Source: Octopus vulgaris
Lineage: Eukaryota
Direction: 5' to 3'
Length of the DNA stretch: 64,000 nt
Assembly (NCBI GenBank): GCA_951406725.2
Contig: OX597817.1
Location: 66,712,001-66,776,000 of the forward strand
Positions 46,953 through 58,800 of the stretch are shown piece by piece (positions within the stretch are counted from its first letter, which is position 1; each line of letters opens with the position of its first letter). A program made the position numbers and the translations under genes. The notes beneath the pieces are model-generated. The model searched no databases. It was given only the letters and a program-made list of their open reading frames with translations, and was not told the origin of the DNA.

Positions 46953-49281
46953 ATCATTAGTGTCGCTACCGAAGAACCTTTGGGTGACTCTGATCATTCC
47001 ATGATCATGGCCGACTTGTCTCTGATTGGTTGTAACAAAAAACACAACCATCTTCAGATTGCCCGCTTTGACTGGAATAAAGCAAACTGGAGCTCTTATT
47101 GTACTGAGCTGCAACGCCCGAACTGGCGCGAATTTTATGCCTCTGGTGATGTGGACACTATACTCCAGAACATTCTGAATTCAATATGGGCAGCATGTGC
47201 AGCATCAGTACCACGCAAGCACAAAAAACCACCCAATAGTGCAATTTGGGAAACTGCAGCAGTCCGACTTGCCAGGAAAGAACGCCGTAATGCTGAATGG
47301 GAATACAAATTGCACAAATCAGAGAGCAACAGGAAAAAGCGCAATAGGTCAGCCAACCACCTCAAGCAGGTGACAAAAAAGGCAGTGCTTGAATTTGAAC
47401 AACGCATTGCAGCTAACCCTGACAGCAAAGGGTTCTGGAAGTATGTGCACTCAAAGCAGAGACCCCACTCTCCTGTTGGTCCCCTTCGCAATCCCCACAC
47501 AGGACAGATTACTGGCAATCCCGAAGAATGTGCAGAAATCATTGCTGGATGCTATGCCGGCATCTTTACTGTCGAAGACCAAAATGTTCCATCATCATCA
47601 CCACTGACATCGGACTCTATATCTTCTATGCAATTTACACCAGCAATGCTGCAACGCCACCTAAAGAATAAACGCAATTATGCCTCTCCTGGTCTCGATG
47701 GTGTTACATACCTACTTCTCAAACGCGGTGGGTACTTTCTTCTAAGCCAACTTTCTCTATTCTTCCAATTCTGTCTTGACAATGGTGTTACTCCAGAACA
47801 GTGGAAAACTGCTAGTGTCATCCCTCTGTTCAAAAAAGGCGACCACACATCGCTTGTCAACTATCGCCCCGTCAGTCTTACCAGCTGCATCGCCAAACTG
47901 ATGGAATCCTGTATCAGAGAAACCCTCTGGAACTTCTGGAAGTCTCACAGCCTCATCCAGCCGTCACAATTCGGATTTATTCCTAACTCCAGCTGCTGTA
48001 ATCAACTCATCGAGTTTCTTGAGGATGTTACCCAAATCACTGATCGCGGATCCTGGGTGGATGTTGTTTACCTGGACTTTGCTAAGGCTTTTAACTCTGT
48101 GCCACACAAAAGACTTATGGTGAAGCTTTCTGCGTTGGGTGTAAGAGACGAACTCTATAACTGGTTAAAGTCCTTTATTTTCGGCCGAAAAGAGGTTGTC
48201 ACAGTTCTAGGACAGCACTCTTCGCCCTATGAGATGACATCTGGTGTGCCGCAGGGATCTGTTCTTGGCCCCCTTTTATTTGTTGCATATGTTAATGACA
48301 TAGATGCCAACTTAAAGAATGCCACAGTGCTGAAATATGCAGATGACATCAAGCTGTACCTCGAAATAAAGAGGTCAAATCCTATACACTATGGATCTCT
48401 ATTGCAAGCAGACCTGGACACAATACAGGAGTGGATCATGGACTGGCAACTCAAGCTGGCTGTGGACAAATGTACCACCATGCATTTTGGGAGGAGAAAC
48501 CCAGCGTCCACCTACTCCCTCCACAACACTAGTCTCAAAAAGTCTTCAAGTGAACGTGACCTGGATGTTATTGTCGACAGTGATTTGCGTTGGACAAAAC
48601 ACATCGCCAAAATTGTCAAGAAGGCTGAGGGTGTCTTGGCATCACTCACCAAATCCTTTGTGAGCCGCTCTCCGGCTATCTATCTGCGGCTTTATATAGC
48701 TATGGTAAGACCTCACCTGGAATTTGCATCACCGGTCTGGAACCCCTATCTTGCCCAGGACATCAATCTTCTGGAAGCTGTTAAGCGACGTGCAACCAAA
48801 AGAATACCCTCCATCAGGCATTTGCCATATCCTGAACGCCTTACTTCCCTGGGCATGGACACATTGAAACTCCGACGTCTGGCAGCTGACCTGGCAGACA
48901 CCCATAAAATTATCAACCATCGCACAAACAATAACACTGAGCACCTCTTCAAACTCCACCCATCTAACACCCGTGGACATATTTACAAAGTAAGAAAACA
49001 GCACAGCTCCCATGACTTCAGGAAACATTTTTTCACGCTGAGAGTTGCTGAAGCGTGGAACAAACTGCCGGCATCGGTTGTTAGTTGTCGGAGCACTGCA
49101 TCCTTCAAGACTTCCATGCTTCCTGAGATTCGCCAACACTACACTTGATTTTCTCCCTCCATACACACACAAGCATGTTCACTTTCCAGACATTTCTACA
49201 TTACTGCATGTACTATATATGCACTTTCTGACAAGTTGTGGTGCACCTGAGCACTGTATACAATAATTTCATTATTATTAT
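46953..49281 (+). mobile_element. CR1-like LINE, 5'-truncated and apparently young, with 6-bp TSD TAAACA
   Basis: 722-aa open frame begins at the end of the APE domain (SDH) and includes GVPQGSVLGPLLF, YADD and TRGH; (ATT)n tail; TAAACA at 46947-46952 and 49282-49287. Confidence 0.92.
46980..49148 (+). CDS. Reverse transcriptase ORF2 portion of the CR1-like LINE
   Basis: Uninterrupted 722-aa frame with complete RT motifs. Confidence 0.88.
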   Translation: MGDSDHSMIMADLSLIGCNKKHNHLQIARFDWNKANWSSYCTELQRPNWREFYASGDVDTILQNILNSIWAACAASVPRKHKKPPNSAIWETAAVRLARKERRNAEWEYKLHKSESNRKKRNRSANHLKQVTKKAVLEFEQRIAANPDSKGFWKYVHSKQRPHSPVGPLRNPHTGQITGNPEECAEIIAGCYAGIFTVEDQNVPSSSPLTSDSISSMQFTPAMLQRHLKNKRNYASPGLDGVTYLLLKRGGYFLLSQLSLFFQFCLDNGVTPEQWKTASVIPLFKKGDHTSLVNYRPVSLTSCIAKLMESCIRETLWNFWKSHSLIQPSQFGFIPNSSCCNQLIEFLEDVTQITDRGSWVDVVYLDFAKAFNSVPHKRLMVKLSALGVRDELYNWLKSFIFGRKEVVTVLGQHSSPYEMTSGVPQGSVLGPLLFVAYVNDIDANLKNATVLKYADDIKLYLEIKRSNPIHYGSLLQADLDTIQEWIMDWQLKLAVDKCTTMHFGRRNPASTYSLHNTSLKKSSSERDLDVIVDSDLRWTKHIAKIVKKAEGVLASLTKSFVSRSPAIYLRLYIAMVRPHLEFASPVWNPYLAQDINLLEAVKRRATKRIPSIRHLPYPERLTSLGMDTLKLRRLAADLADTHKIINHRTNNNTEHLFKLHPSNTRGHIYKVRKQHSSHDFRKHFFTLRVAEAWNKLPASVVSCRSTASFKTSMLPEIRQHYT

Positions 49282-50033
49282 TAAACACTTTTAAACTTCG
49301 TATACTAGTAGAATGTGTTTATAAAATATCTTTTTCTCTTGGCTTTCTTGAGAAAATTCTGTAGTTTGTAAGATGTTTTCTTCAATTTTGGTAATTTCAA
49401 CCAATCAATGACGTCTATTGAGGTGAAAACATTATTTGCCGTAAAATTTTCTGGCGGTGAAATATGAAAATGTCCCTCGTTTAAGAAACAGATTGGGTTT
49501 ATTTACATTTCTGAGGAAAAAAAAAGATACCTTTCCCCCACCCCTAACCAAAACCCTAACCTTAATCCTAACCCTAACTCTAACCCTAACCCTAAAACAG
49601 ATTGAAATGCAATAGATCGATACTAGGGTCATAATTATGGGTGGACACTAAAGAGGGAACGGTTTTGTTATCCAGCTCTGTTTACAAGTGACCCCTCAGT
49701 TTATGGTCACAGGGTATCATTTTTCTTATAAAAAACAGGGACATTTTCATATGACGCCGCCATAAAATGTTACGGCAGAAATCGTTTTCACCTCAATAGA
49801 CGTCATTGATTGGTTGATATTACCGAAATGCAAGAAATTAATGACCAAATATCTTACAAACTATAGAATTTTCTCAAGAAAGCCAAGAGAAAAAGATGTT
49901 TTATAAACACATTCTACCAATATACGAGGTTTAAAATTTTTTAGTTACATAGAAATTATTTTAAAAAACTGCCGTTCAAACCGAAAACATCCTTTATATG
50001 TACATGTATATATGTATATGTATATACATATGC

Positions 50034-50099
<66 letters not shown>

Positions 50100-50116
50100 G
50101 TATGTATATGTCTGTT

Positions 50117-51224
50117 ATCTAGGTGACCAGGTTGTAGCGGAGGTGGGTGCTCTGAAAGTGTAGCTGCTAGAATAAGAATAGCCTGGGCAAAGTTCAGAGA
50201 GCTCCTACCTCTACAGGTGACAAAGGGCCTCTCGCTCAGAGTAAAATGTAGACTGTATGACGCATGTCTACGAACAGCCATACTACATGGCAGTGAAACA
50301 TGGGCTGTGACTTTGAGGACATGCGTAAGCTTGCAAAGAACAAAGCCAGTATGCTCCGCTGGATGTATAATGTCAGTGTGCATACTCGACAGCGTGTAAG
50401 TACCTTGAGAGAAAAGTTGGATTTAAGAAGCATCAGATGTGGTGTGCAAGAGAGACGACTGTGCTGGTATGGTCATGTGGTGAGAATGGAAGGGGATAGC
50501 TGTGTGAAAAAGTGTCACACTCTAGCGATTGATGGAACCTGTGGAAGAGGCAGAACCAGGAAGACCTGGGATGAGGTGGTGAAGCACGACCATCGAACAT
50601 TGCCTCACTGAGGCAATGACTAGTGACCGAGACCTTTGGAAATATGCTGTGCTTGATAAGACCCGGCAAGCCAAGTGAGACCATAACCCATGGCCTATGC
50701 CAGTGGTGTAGCCAGCCCACTTATGCGTACCTTTCCTTCATTGGACACTAAACTCTGCTTACGAAGAGCTATTGAGGCAAGTGAAATCGAAATCAAATTC
50801 GATGACAGCTTCGCATGACTGGCATTCGTTCAAGTGGAGCGCTAAGAGCACCATCCGCTGACATAAAAAGCACCATTCAAGCATGATCGTTTCCAGTGTT
50901 GCCTTACTGGCACTTGTGCTGGTGGCACGTGAAAATATTCGAGCGAGGTCGTTGCAAGTGCCGCTGAATTGGCATCTGTGCAGGTGGCACGTAAAAAGCA
51001 CTATTTGAGCGTGGTCGTTGCCAGTACCGCCTGACTGGCCCTCGTGCAGTGGCACGTAGAAGCACCCACTACACTCTCGGAGTGGTTGACGTTAGGAAGG
51101 GCATCCAGCTGTAGAACCTGTGAGATCAGATTGGAACCTGGTGTAACCATCTGGCTCGCCAGTCCTCAGTCAAACCGTCCAACCCATGGCAGCATGGAAA
51201 GCGGACGTTAAACGATGGTGATGA
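50117..51224 (+). mobile_element. RTE LINE 3' fragment related to the 27731-30490 element
   Basis: Frameshifted homolog of the RT C-terminus (KGLSLRVK...HGSETW...WYGHVVR) plus 3' UTR array and tail. Confidence 0.88.
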
Positions 51225-51226
51225 TA

Positions 51227-51280
<54 letters not shown>

Positions 51281-51283
<3 letters not shown>

Positions 51284-51895
51284 TCATCATCATCATCATC
51301 ATCATCATCGTTTAACGTCCGTTTTCCATGCTAGCATGGGTTGGACGGTTCAACTGGGGTCTGGGAAGCCAGAAGGCTGCGCCAGGCCCAGTCTGATCTG
51401 GCAGTGTTTCTACAGCTGGATGCCCTTCCTAACGCCAACCACTCCGTGAGTGTAGTGGGTGCTTTTTACGTGCACCGGTACAGGTACCAGACGAGGCTGG
51501 CAAACGGTCACAATCGGATGGTGCTTTTTACGTGCCACCGGCACGGGGACCAGACGAGGCTGGCAACGGCCACAATCGGATGGTGCTTTTTACGTGCCAC
51601 CAGGAGGCCAGTCGGGGTGGCGCTGGCAACGGCCACGTTCGGATGGTTCTCTTACATGCCACCGGCACTGGCATCACAGCTACAATTTCCATTGATGTTG
51701 ATCGATTTCGATTTTGATTTTTGATTTTCACTTGCCTCAACAGTTCTGCACAAGTAGGGTTTGTGTCACAAGAGAGAAAGTTATGCATAAGTGGGCTGGC
51801 TACGTCCCAGGTAGAGGCCACGGGTTATGGGCTCACTTGTCCCGTCGGGTCTTCCCACGCACAGCATACTTTCAAAGGTTTCGGTCTCTGGTCAT
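51281..51895 (-). mobile_element. RTE LINE 3' UTR fragment, tail-to-tail with 50117-51224
   Basis: Reverse complement of the RTE 3' end, including the GTGCC..GGCAC-AAAAAGCACC array and (CAT)n tail. Confidence 0.85.
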
Positions 51896-51899
51896 TATA

Positions 51900-52665
51900 T
51901 GTGTGTGTGTGTGTACAAAACAATTCTCAAAAATAGCCCCACAGTTGTTTTTCCCCCCAACTTCTTATGTCATTGGAATCTACATAGTCCGAGGTATATT
52001 TGTAGAGAATTTCATTAAAAAATATCCATTTTCTTGAAAGACATAATGAAGTGGACACCGGTGAAATTTCCGAAATTACCCAGCCCAACCCCTCCTAAAA
52101 CACTTTCCCCACAAAATTTTGTATATTCGGAATCTACACATATTCATAGACAATTTCATTAAAAATATCCATTTTTCTGAAAGTTATTAATCATCCAAAG
52201 TCGGGGGCGCATAAATCTGTAGTTATGCCGATTCAAAAATACAGTAGAGCAAGTAAAAAAAGTTCGTCAATATTCAGAGGAATATTTAAAATTTGGATTT
52301 ATATCTGCTATCCACGATAAACTGTTACCAAGTTATGGGCGAAAAACTCGATCTTGTGAATTTTGCGAAGTCCTTTCCCCGCCCCTCGGAAAAGATTTTC
52401 CCACAAATTTCTTTATAATCGTAATCTATGCCGGTTGAAAAGTTTTTATATAAAATTTCATTAAAAAAAATTTTTTTTTTCCCTCAAAGTTATGAGGGAA
52501 AAACTCGGGTCTTGTGAATTTTCCGAAGTCCTCCCCACTACCGTTGATTTCCGCGCATTTTTATTTTTCATATTCGTTTCCTACACATTTTTTTACGTCC
52601 GTTGCACTATTTTAAAAATTTTGTTTCCGGGTAATATTGTAAACATTAACCAAATTTTGAATAAG
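51900..52665. repeat. Interspersed element built from internal sub-repeats; related inverted copy at about 43140-43450
   Basis: Recurring AATTTCATTAAAAAATATCCATTTTT...AAAGTTAT and AAAACTCG..CTTGTGAATTTT units. Confidence 0.6.
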
Positions 52666-52669
52666 AAAA

Positions 52670-53156
52670 ATTAAATATCACAAGGGGGCATCAGGATTTT
52701 AGAAATGATTCGATGGGGCATGGCCAAAAATCGTTTGGGAATCACTGGATTAATGTATATAGATACCGGTTAGATAATGATACCGAAACGAAGGTAATAC
52801 AAGGGAGGTAACTATAACTTAGGGGAAATCACTCCAATAAGAATATAGTGGAAGCGTTTTTTTAATGCACGAGAAGCAAAATAGGCTTCTTAATTGACTG
52901 TTGGAACACTGAGTCAACTTTCATACTGTAACTTGTCTTCATTTGCTGTTCTTTCCTTTTCTTTTCACTTTTATTTTCCAGCTTGCCTCCTTGCTACCAT
53001 TAAATATCACAAGGGGGCATCAGGATTTTAGAAATGATTCGATGGGGTATGGCCAAAAATCGTTTGGGAATCACTGGATTAATGTATATAGATACCGGTT
53101 ATATTGTTTTCTAAAACGAAGGTAATACAAGGGAGGTAACTATAACTTAGGGGAAA
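52670..53156. repeat. About 158-bp direct repeat (52670-52828 / 52999-53156) containing a hAT-like terminus
   Basis: Near-identical copies; includes TTTGGGAATCACTG, the reverse complement of a CAGTGATTCCCAAA hAT/Charlie-like TIR. Confidence 0.8.
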
Positions 53157-53619
53157 CTTATTGTTCATTGTGGTGGCGCGGCATTATAACTAGATTTTTG
53201 TTCTCTATAACATTAATACTGTCTAGTAGACTGTGAATTTCAGTATGGAGTGCTATGAGTTAATACTAGTATGCCATTTGTTTTTATAAATATTGTAGAT
53301 CTTTAAAACTGAGAGTATTGGAATTCAAACCAAGTTCAATGGGAATATCATTCAAAGTCTGAAGAACCATAGTGTGTGGGTTGGGTAATAATTAATGTTG
53401 AGCCGCCTCTTCAAAACAGCCTATGAGTCAGGGATTCTTTTTACTGCAAATATTGACATAGTTACATGTATTTTTCTTAAATGAAGGCAGTTTTTGTAAC
53501 TGTTGATGTGATATATGTGAGTTAGCAAAACATGATTTGTCTTTATCACTTAAAAGCATGAGCAACAAATTAAGAGAGAGTGAGACTGAAACAGATGTAC
53601 AAAAACAGCTATTTTTTAT

Positions 53620-53965
53620 TTGAGGACTTGATGGGGATGCTGGGTTGGAGGAATCAGTGGAATGGCTGGTTAGGGTGAATGGAGTGCAGTGGTATGGGCA
53701 TGTGTTGAGGAGGGATGAGGAGCATATTCAGAGGAGGGTGTTTGAGGTAAATGAACCGCAAAAGCAAGGTAGGCCAAGGAAAAAGTGGAGGGACAGGTGG
53801 AGGAGGAGATTGGGAGGGTTGGCTTGAGAACAGAGGTTGCCCAAAACTGGGCAAGATGGTGAGTTGGTGTGAGGACGGTTGCTATGGCATTGAGGTAGAT
53901 CCACTCACTCCCATTTATGGGGACAAAACCTGGATTTAAAACACTGGATGATGATGATGATGATA
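53620..53965 (+). mobile_element. Diverged RTE-type LINE 3' end (different family)
   Basis: QWYGHVLRRDEEH...GRPRKKW and a (GAT)n tail. Confidence 0.7.
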
Positions 53966-55273
53966 AAATATTGTCAAGTTGAATAGTGGAATTTTAAAAT
54001 AAATTAAAGTAGACATATGTTTAGTCAAGTAATATTTTATTTAATCACCTGTTCTTTCATCTGTTTCACCTGAAACTATTTTCCTAAGAAATTCATTGTC
54101 ATTTCGGATTTTGTTAAAAAATTCTGAACAGTTCTAGTTGGATGTTTATTTGGGTCATCAGAAGTTTTTCTATCTGTAGCTTCTATGAAAGTAAAATAAG
54201 TACCAGTTGAGCACTGAGGTCGATGTAATTGACTTGCCCCTCCCCTGAATGTGCTGGCCTTGTGCCAATATTTGGAACTAATATGAGAGAATAATTTTCA
54301 ACAACACTGGCAAGAGAAGCAGAGTTTCTGGCTACATTTTATGACTATCAAAGTTGATAATGAAAGCTATCTACAATTTATGGTATGTTTCAATAAATAA
54401 AAACTGTATGGGGCAGACCTACTATCAGATATCATTTCTAAGTCACATGTTTGTAATAAGATACAGTCAGCCAGATATAAACTGTTGGAATAGTTTGATT
54501 ATATGAGGATGGTCAGTTATAATTTTAAATATAGTGCTTATCACTCCCTGTTAAATAAGTTACTGTAGTTAAGATGATTTACCAGAATGCTTCCTTGTGA
54601 TTTTCCAGAATGTTCTCTTATGATTTTCCAGAATGTTCTGGACATGTGTCATTTTCCTTTCCTTTTAATAATTAAAACTTATTACTTAAAATAGGTATTG
54701 GATTAATAACATCCATCGTAAATGACAAGAAAAATACTTTGCAGTATTTCTGCTACTCTTTGCATTCTATGTTCAAATCCTACCAAGGTTGTTTACCTGA
54801 TTTGTACTTAAATCAGTACCAATATTTATAGAAAGGTTGAATATATTTTAAAGAAATGACTCCTTTTACGATAGGAAAGCATATAGGTCATATTGTTTTT
54901 CAAAGTAAGACAGATGTGAATGTATTTATAGCAGAAGACAAAAATGAGCCAAATGGTAGGAAACATTTTTAGACCAGTTGCAATTCTATAAGAATTTGTA
55001 AAGTCACATCTATTGAGAAAAACAGCAAATCTTTAATTTAAAAAAATCACAGATTACTTTTGTTAAATGTCTACTTAGTTTTAAGACGTTCTCATATTGG
55101 TTTGGTCATAGCATGCAAAACCATACCAGTCTAGAAATTTTGAACAAAATATGACTGAATGAAACTATGAAGAACCTAAAAGTGCAGAGATCCAGATTAG
55201 ATCTCCATCTGCATAGACATTTTTTTAAAAATCAGATCTTGCGTGTGAAACTGAAATGGTCATAAACAAATTA

Positions 55274-55993
55274 TCTATATATATAAAACTGAGGATGTGT
55301 GTGTGTGCATGTGTGTAAACCTGTAGAACTTCTGAGGTTTGCAACTGATTTTTTCCAAACTGGGAACAAACATTACTTATGTTCCAGGGATGGTTTCAGA
55401 CTCTTAAAATTTTTCATATAATGAGTAATAGGGCCTTTGGGGGAAGAAAACCCCATTTCCCAGGTAAACAATATGAATGATTGCATAACTTAGTTACTTC
55501 ATTGGTTCAAGGAACATTACTCTTGATGACATACTTATGTTAATTTCTCAACCACTTATATATACATGTATATATATATATAAAACTGAGGATGTGTGTG
55601 TAAGTAAACCCTCAGAACTTCTGATGTTTGAGACTGATTTTCTCTAAATTGGGAACATACATTACTTATGTTCTAGAGATAGTTTTAGATTTTAAAAAGT
55701 TTTCACATAATGAGTAATGGAGCCCCTGGGGGCAGAAAACCCCCTTTCCTGTGGTACATATGACTGCTTGCATGGTAAATGCATTGCTTCTGTTCAAACT
55801 AGAAAAAACAACTTCTGAAATGATGTAGACTTCAAACGGCATTGTCTAAGTGGTAGCAATAATAGCCTGTTCCCATAGTACCATAGGTGGCAATTTGTTG
55901 GAATAAAATCCGTTTGGAATGCATTATATTTATTATGAAAACTATGCTAAAATATGTTAAATCCTGAGCAACTATTCAACTATTTTCTTTTAG
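55274..55993 (+). mobile_element. Degenerate Helitron-like element with two tandem copies of its 5' part
   Basis: TCTATATATATAAAACTGAGGATGTGTGTG start; about 200-bp repeats near 55275 and 55570; degenerate 3' end. Confidence 0.55.
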
Positions 55994-56939
55994 CTTCAGT
56001 TTCAAAGTCTTCCTTTTAAGCATAGACAAAGCCCATACAAATGTTCTTTAGCTATTGATTATAAACCAAAATATCACATGTACATTAGCCTACTAATTTA
56101 TAGTGTCTAAGACCCAACCATAATAATTTGAGACCGTGTCCTTAATGTGACCTTGCATGCCTGGACACTGCATACAGAATTGTTTTGGTTTGGGAGCCAA
56201 GTTGTCCTTACAATGGTCACATGCTGTTTACCCAAAGAAGTGCACAGTTGAGCCACGACTATTGATTCCAAACTGAAATATTGCTTGACAATGTTGTTTT
56301 CAAGTGCTTCCTTGCCACCACCCCTCACCATTACCACGTCATTTCTTTCATGTAGATTTCTCTCATGTGGTACTGTTGAGCATGCCCACAAGCTTAATTT
56401 ATCATATAAATGTAGTTCCTATGTTTGCTAATTGTTCAGCATGGTAGCGGCAGCGGCAGCTGCAAAGGAGAGTATGTCTATTGAGAGCTTTTTGGTGCAT
56501 TCAAAAATCACATACTCCCACCCACTTTTCCATGACAAGGTTAGGACCTGGAATCTTCCAAACATATGCATGACATATCACTTAGTTGAATTAGCCCTTC
56601 ATTTACTCTACAAATGTTTTGTCCTCAATGTAGCACTTCCCCATATCACATGTTTCAACTAACTATGCCATTTAAATCCCAAGCAACAGTCTGCTAGTTC
56701 TAAATAAAATGATTTTGCTGGGATGTTCATTTATTTCTCAATAAAAAGAAACCTGGTAAAAATACTGATAGGAAGAGTAACTTAAATTTTAAATCTGATC
56801 TAAATTTTTTGTAATAATTAAAAACAATTTTTTTCTTATAGAGGATAGTGGATTAATAGAACTGGTAATGTTGTAGGAAAGAAGCTTTCTGGTATTTATC
56901 CCCTTTGTCCTTTCATGTTTGATAAACTTATATGAGTCA

Positions 56940-58280
56940 AGTGGCTCATGTCCTCCTTTAAACGACTGCATTTGTGTCTAAATCATAAAAAATATTTATA
57001 GAAAGGTCAAAGATACCTTAAAGAAGATAACCTCTATACATAATAGGAAAAGGAAAGTAGGTCACCTGTGTTTTTTACAATTAAGCCTGGATAAACATAC
57101 ATCAATGTAATAATTAAGAGGTTCCTTGAATGTAATATGATTTGGTGTGTATAATGCTTTTTACTCTGTTTCTGGAATGCAATTCTTCATGTTAAGGAAT
57201 TTTGTGAATCAAATGTTTTTTTCTGACATAATAAACAAAACATATCTATTGCAAAAAAACAAATATTGGCAGGTGAATAATTGTGCAAATAAACTGAAGT
57301 TCACTAAGTTTTTCAGCTCACCATATTTACATGTGTGAAACCCAACTATATTTCCTCACTAAATACAATAATATAATGAATGCGTAACTTTTGTGAAGAC
57401 TAAGACATGATGTGGATTCAAATCTTTGAAGAACTGCTTTAGATTAACAAACTTAGGATTGTAATGGTGATATGAAAATCAGTTTTTAAGGACTGGTATT
57501 GAGTTCCATTTTTATGATGATCTTATACTTATCTGTACCATACAAGGAATTTGAAAAAGAAAATGTAGAATGAAGACAATCAAATATTTTCTGTCGATTT
57601 AAACAAGGTACAAATAGTCCTCTTATCTAGTATCTACATTCTTTAGTTAATAGCCAATAGTTTGTGATGTGATGACATAATAAATGACATTTCCATGGTA
57701 ACAAAAACAAAATGACAGTGAACTACATCAGTAAAAGTTACTTTATATTTTATAAATGTTATGAATCTTTTAACAAATCCAGACAAGGATTTTGTAAACT
57801 AATTTATTTTTGAAGTTATTTTATAATATTGATTTGTTCCATGTCACTGATTTTGTTCTTATTTGTCCAGATTTCCTAATTATATTTAATACAGAAGTCC
57901 TCCTGGAATCAACAAAATAAAATACCAGTCAAACAACTTGTCTCAGCCCCTCATAAACTATTGTCCTTATGTCTAAATCATAAACATTCATAGGAAAGCC
58001 AAATATATTTCTAATAATAATACTTCTATACATGAACATCTTCATTTTTCAATTAAAACTTGGATAAACACTTTTCAGTGTAATAACTAAGAAGTTCCTT
58101 GTGATCCACCTAACTTTATTACTGTAATATGGTTTGGAGTATACAATGTTCTTGATTTCTGGAATTATGTCAAAGTTGCATAAATGGTAGGCTTTGTTTC
58201 AAAATGCTCTGACATAATAAAGAAAACCTATCTATGGCAACAAAACAAATATAGAAAGATTAATAATTGAGTAAACTCAG
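56940..58280. repeat. Old local duplication of about 330 bp (near 56945-57300 and 57945-58280)
   Basis: Shared TGTCTAAATCATAAA, TGGATAAACA, GTAATAA.TAAGA.GTTCCTTG and CTGACATAATAAA anchors. Confidence 0.65.
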
Positions 58281-58414
58281 TTGATAGATCACCACATTAT
58301 GTGTGGGTCCCAACCGCATTTGTGAACAGAATGCAATAAAATAATGATTGCATATAAGCTGGATGTAACCTCATCAGAGGCAGACCCAGGGTGAGGGGTG
58401 GGAGGGACATGAGG

Positions 58415-58800
58415 GGCAGGCAAGCCAGAGGGCTGCACCAGGCTCCAATCTGATCTAGCAATGTTTCTACAGCTGGATGACCTTCCTAATGCCAACCACT
58501 CCGAGAGTGTAGTGGGTGCTTTTTACATGCCACCAGTACAAGGGCCAATCAAGCAGGACTGTCATCGACCATGACAATGACTTTACTTGCCTCATCAGGT
58601 ATTTGCAAGCACAGTTTATTGCCCAATGATTGAAGGGTACTCTTAAATTGTGCTGGTTATGCTGCACTGGCATAGGCCATGGTTATGGTCTCACTTGGCT
58701 TACCAGGTCCTCTCAAGCACAGCATATCTCCAAAGGTCTCAGTCACTTGTCATTGCCTTGGTGAGGCCCAACATTTGAAGGTCATGCTTCACCACCTCAT
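58415..58800 (-). mobile_element. RTE LINE 3' fragment
   Basis: Reverse complement of the DEVVKHDL...DLW coding end and 3' UTR. Confidence 0.8.

Larger units (their letters stand above)
46897..49993. mobile_element. Fold-back MITE / non-autonomous DNA transposon with about 260-bp inverted arms, interrupted by the CR1-like LINE
   Basis: Left arm (46897-46952 plus 49288-49482) is the reverse complement of right arm 49733-49993; (CCCTAA)n-like tract at 49541-49595 inside. Confidence 0.85.

Noticed and set aside
49541-49595. Interstitial telomere or chromosome-fusion site
   Set aside because: A short degenerate (CCCTAA)n tract internal to a fold-back transposon.
52801-52825. GGGAGGTAACTATAAC resembling LSU rRNA or a homing-endonuclease site
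   Set aside because: The match is too short, with no flanking rRNA similarity.
54049-54069. AG/GT-bounded 21-nt minus-strand micro-exon candidate
   Set aside because: Weak pyrimidine tract and no partner exons; no second gene could be assembled in 43-64 kb.
57689-57702. X-box-like ATTTCCATGGTAAC (also ATTTCTATGGTAAC at 63072-63085)
   Set aside because: Imperfect first half-site, and no identifiable gene start nearby.
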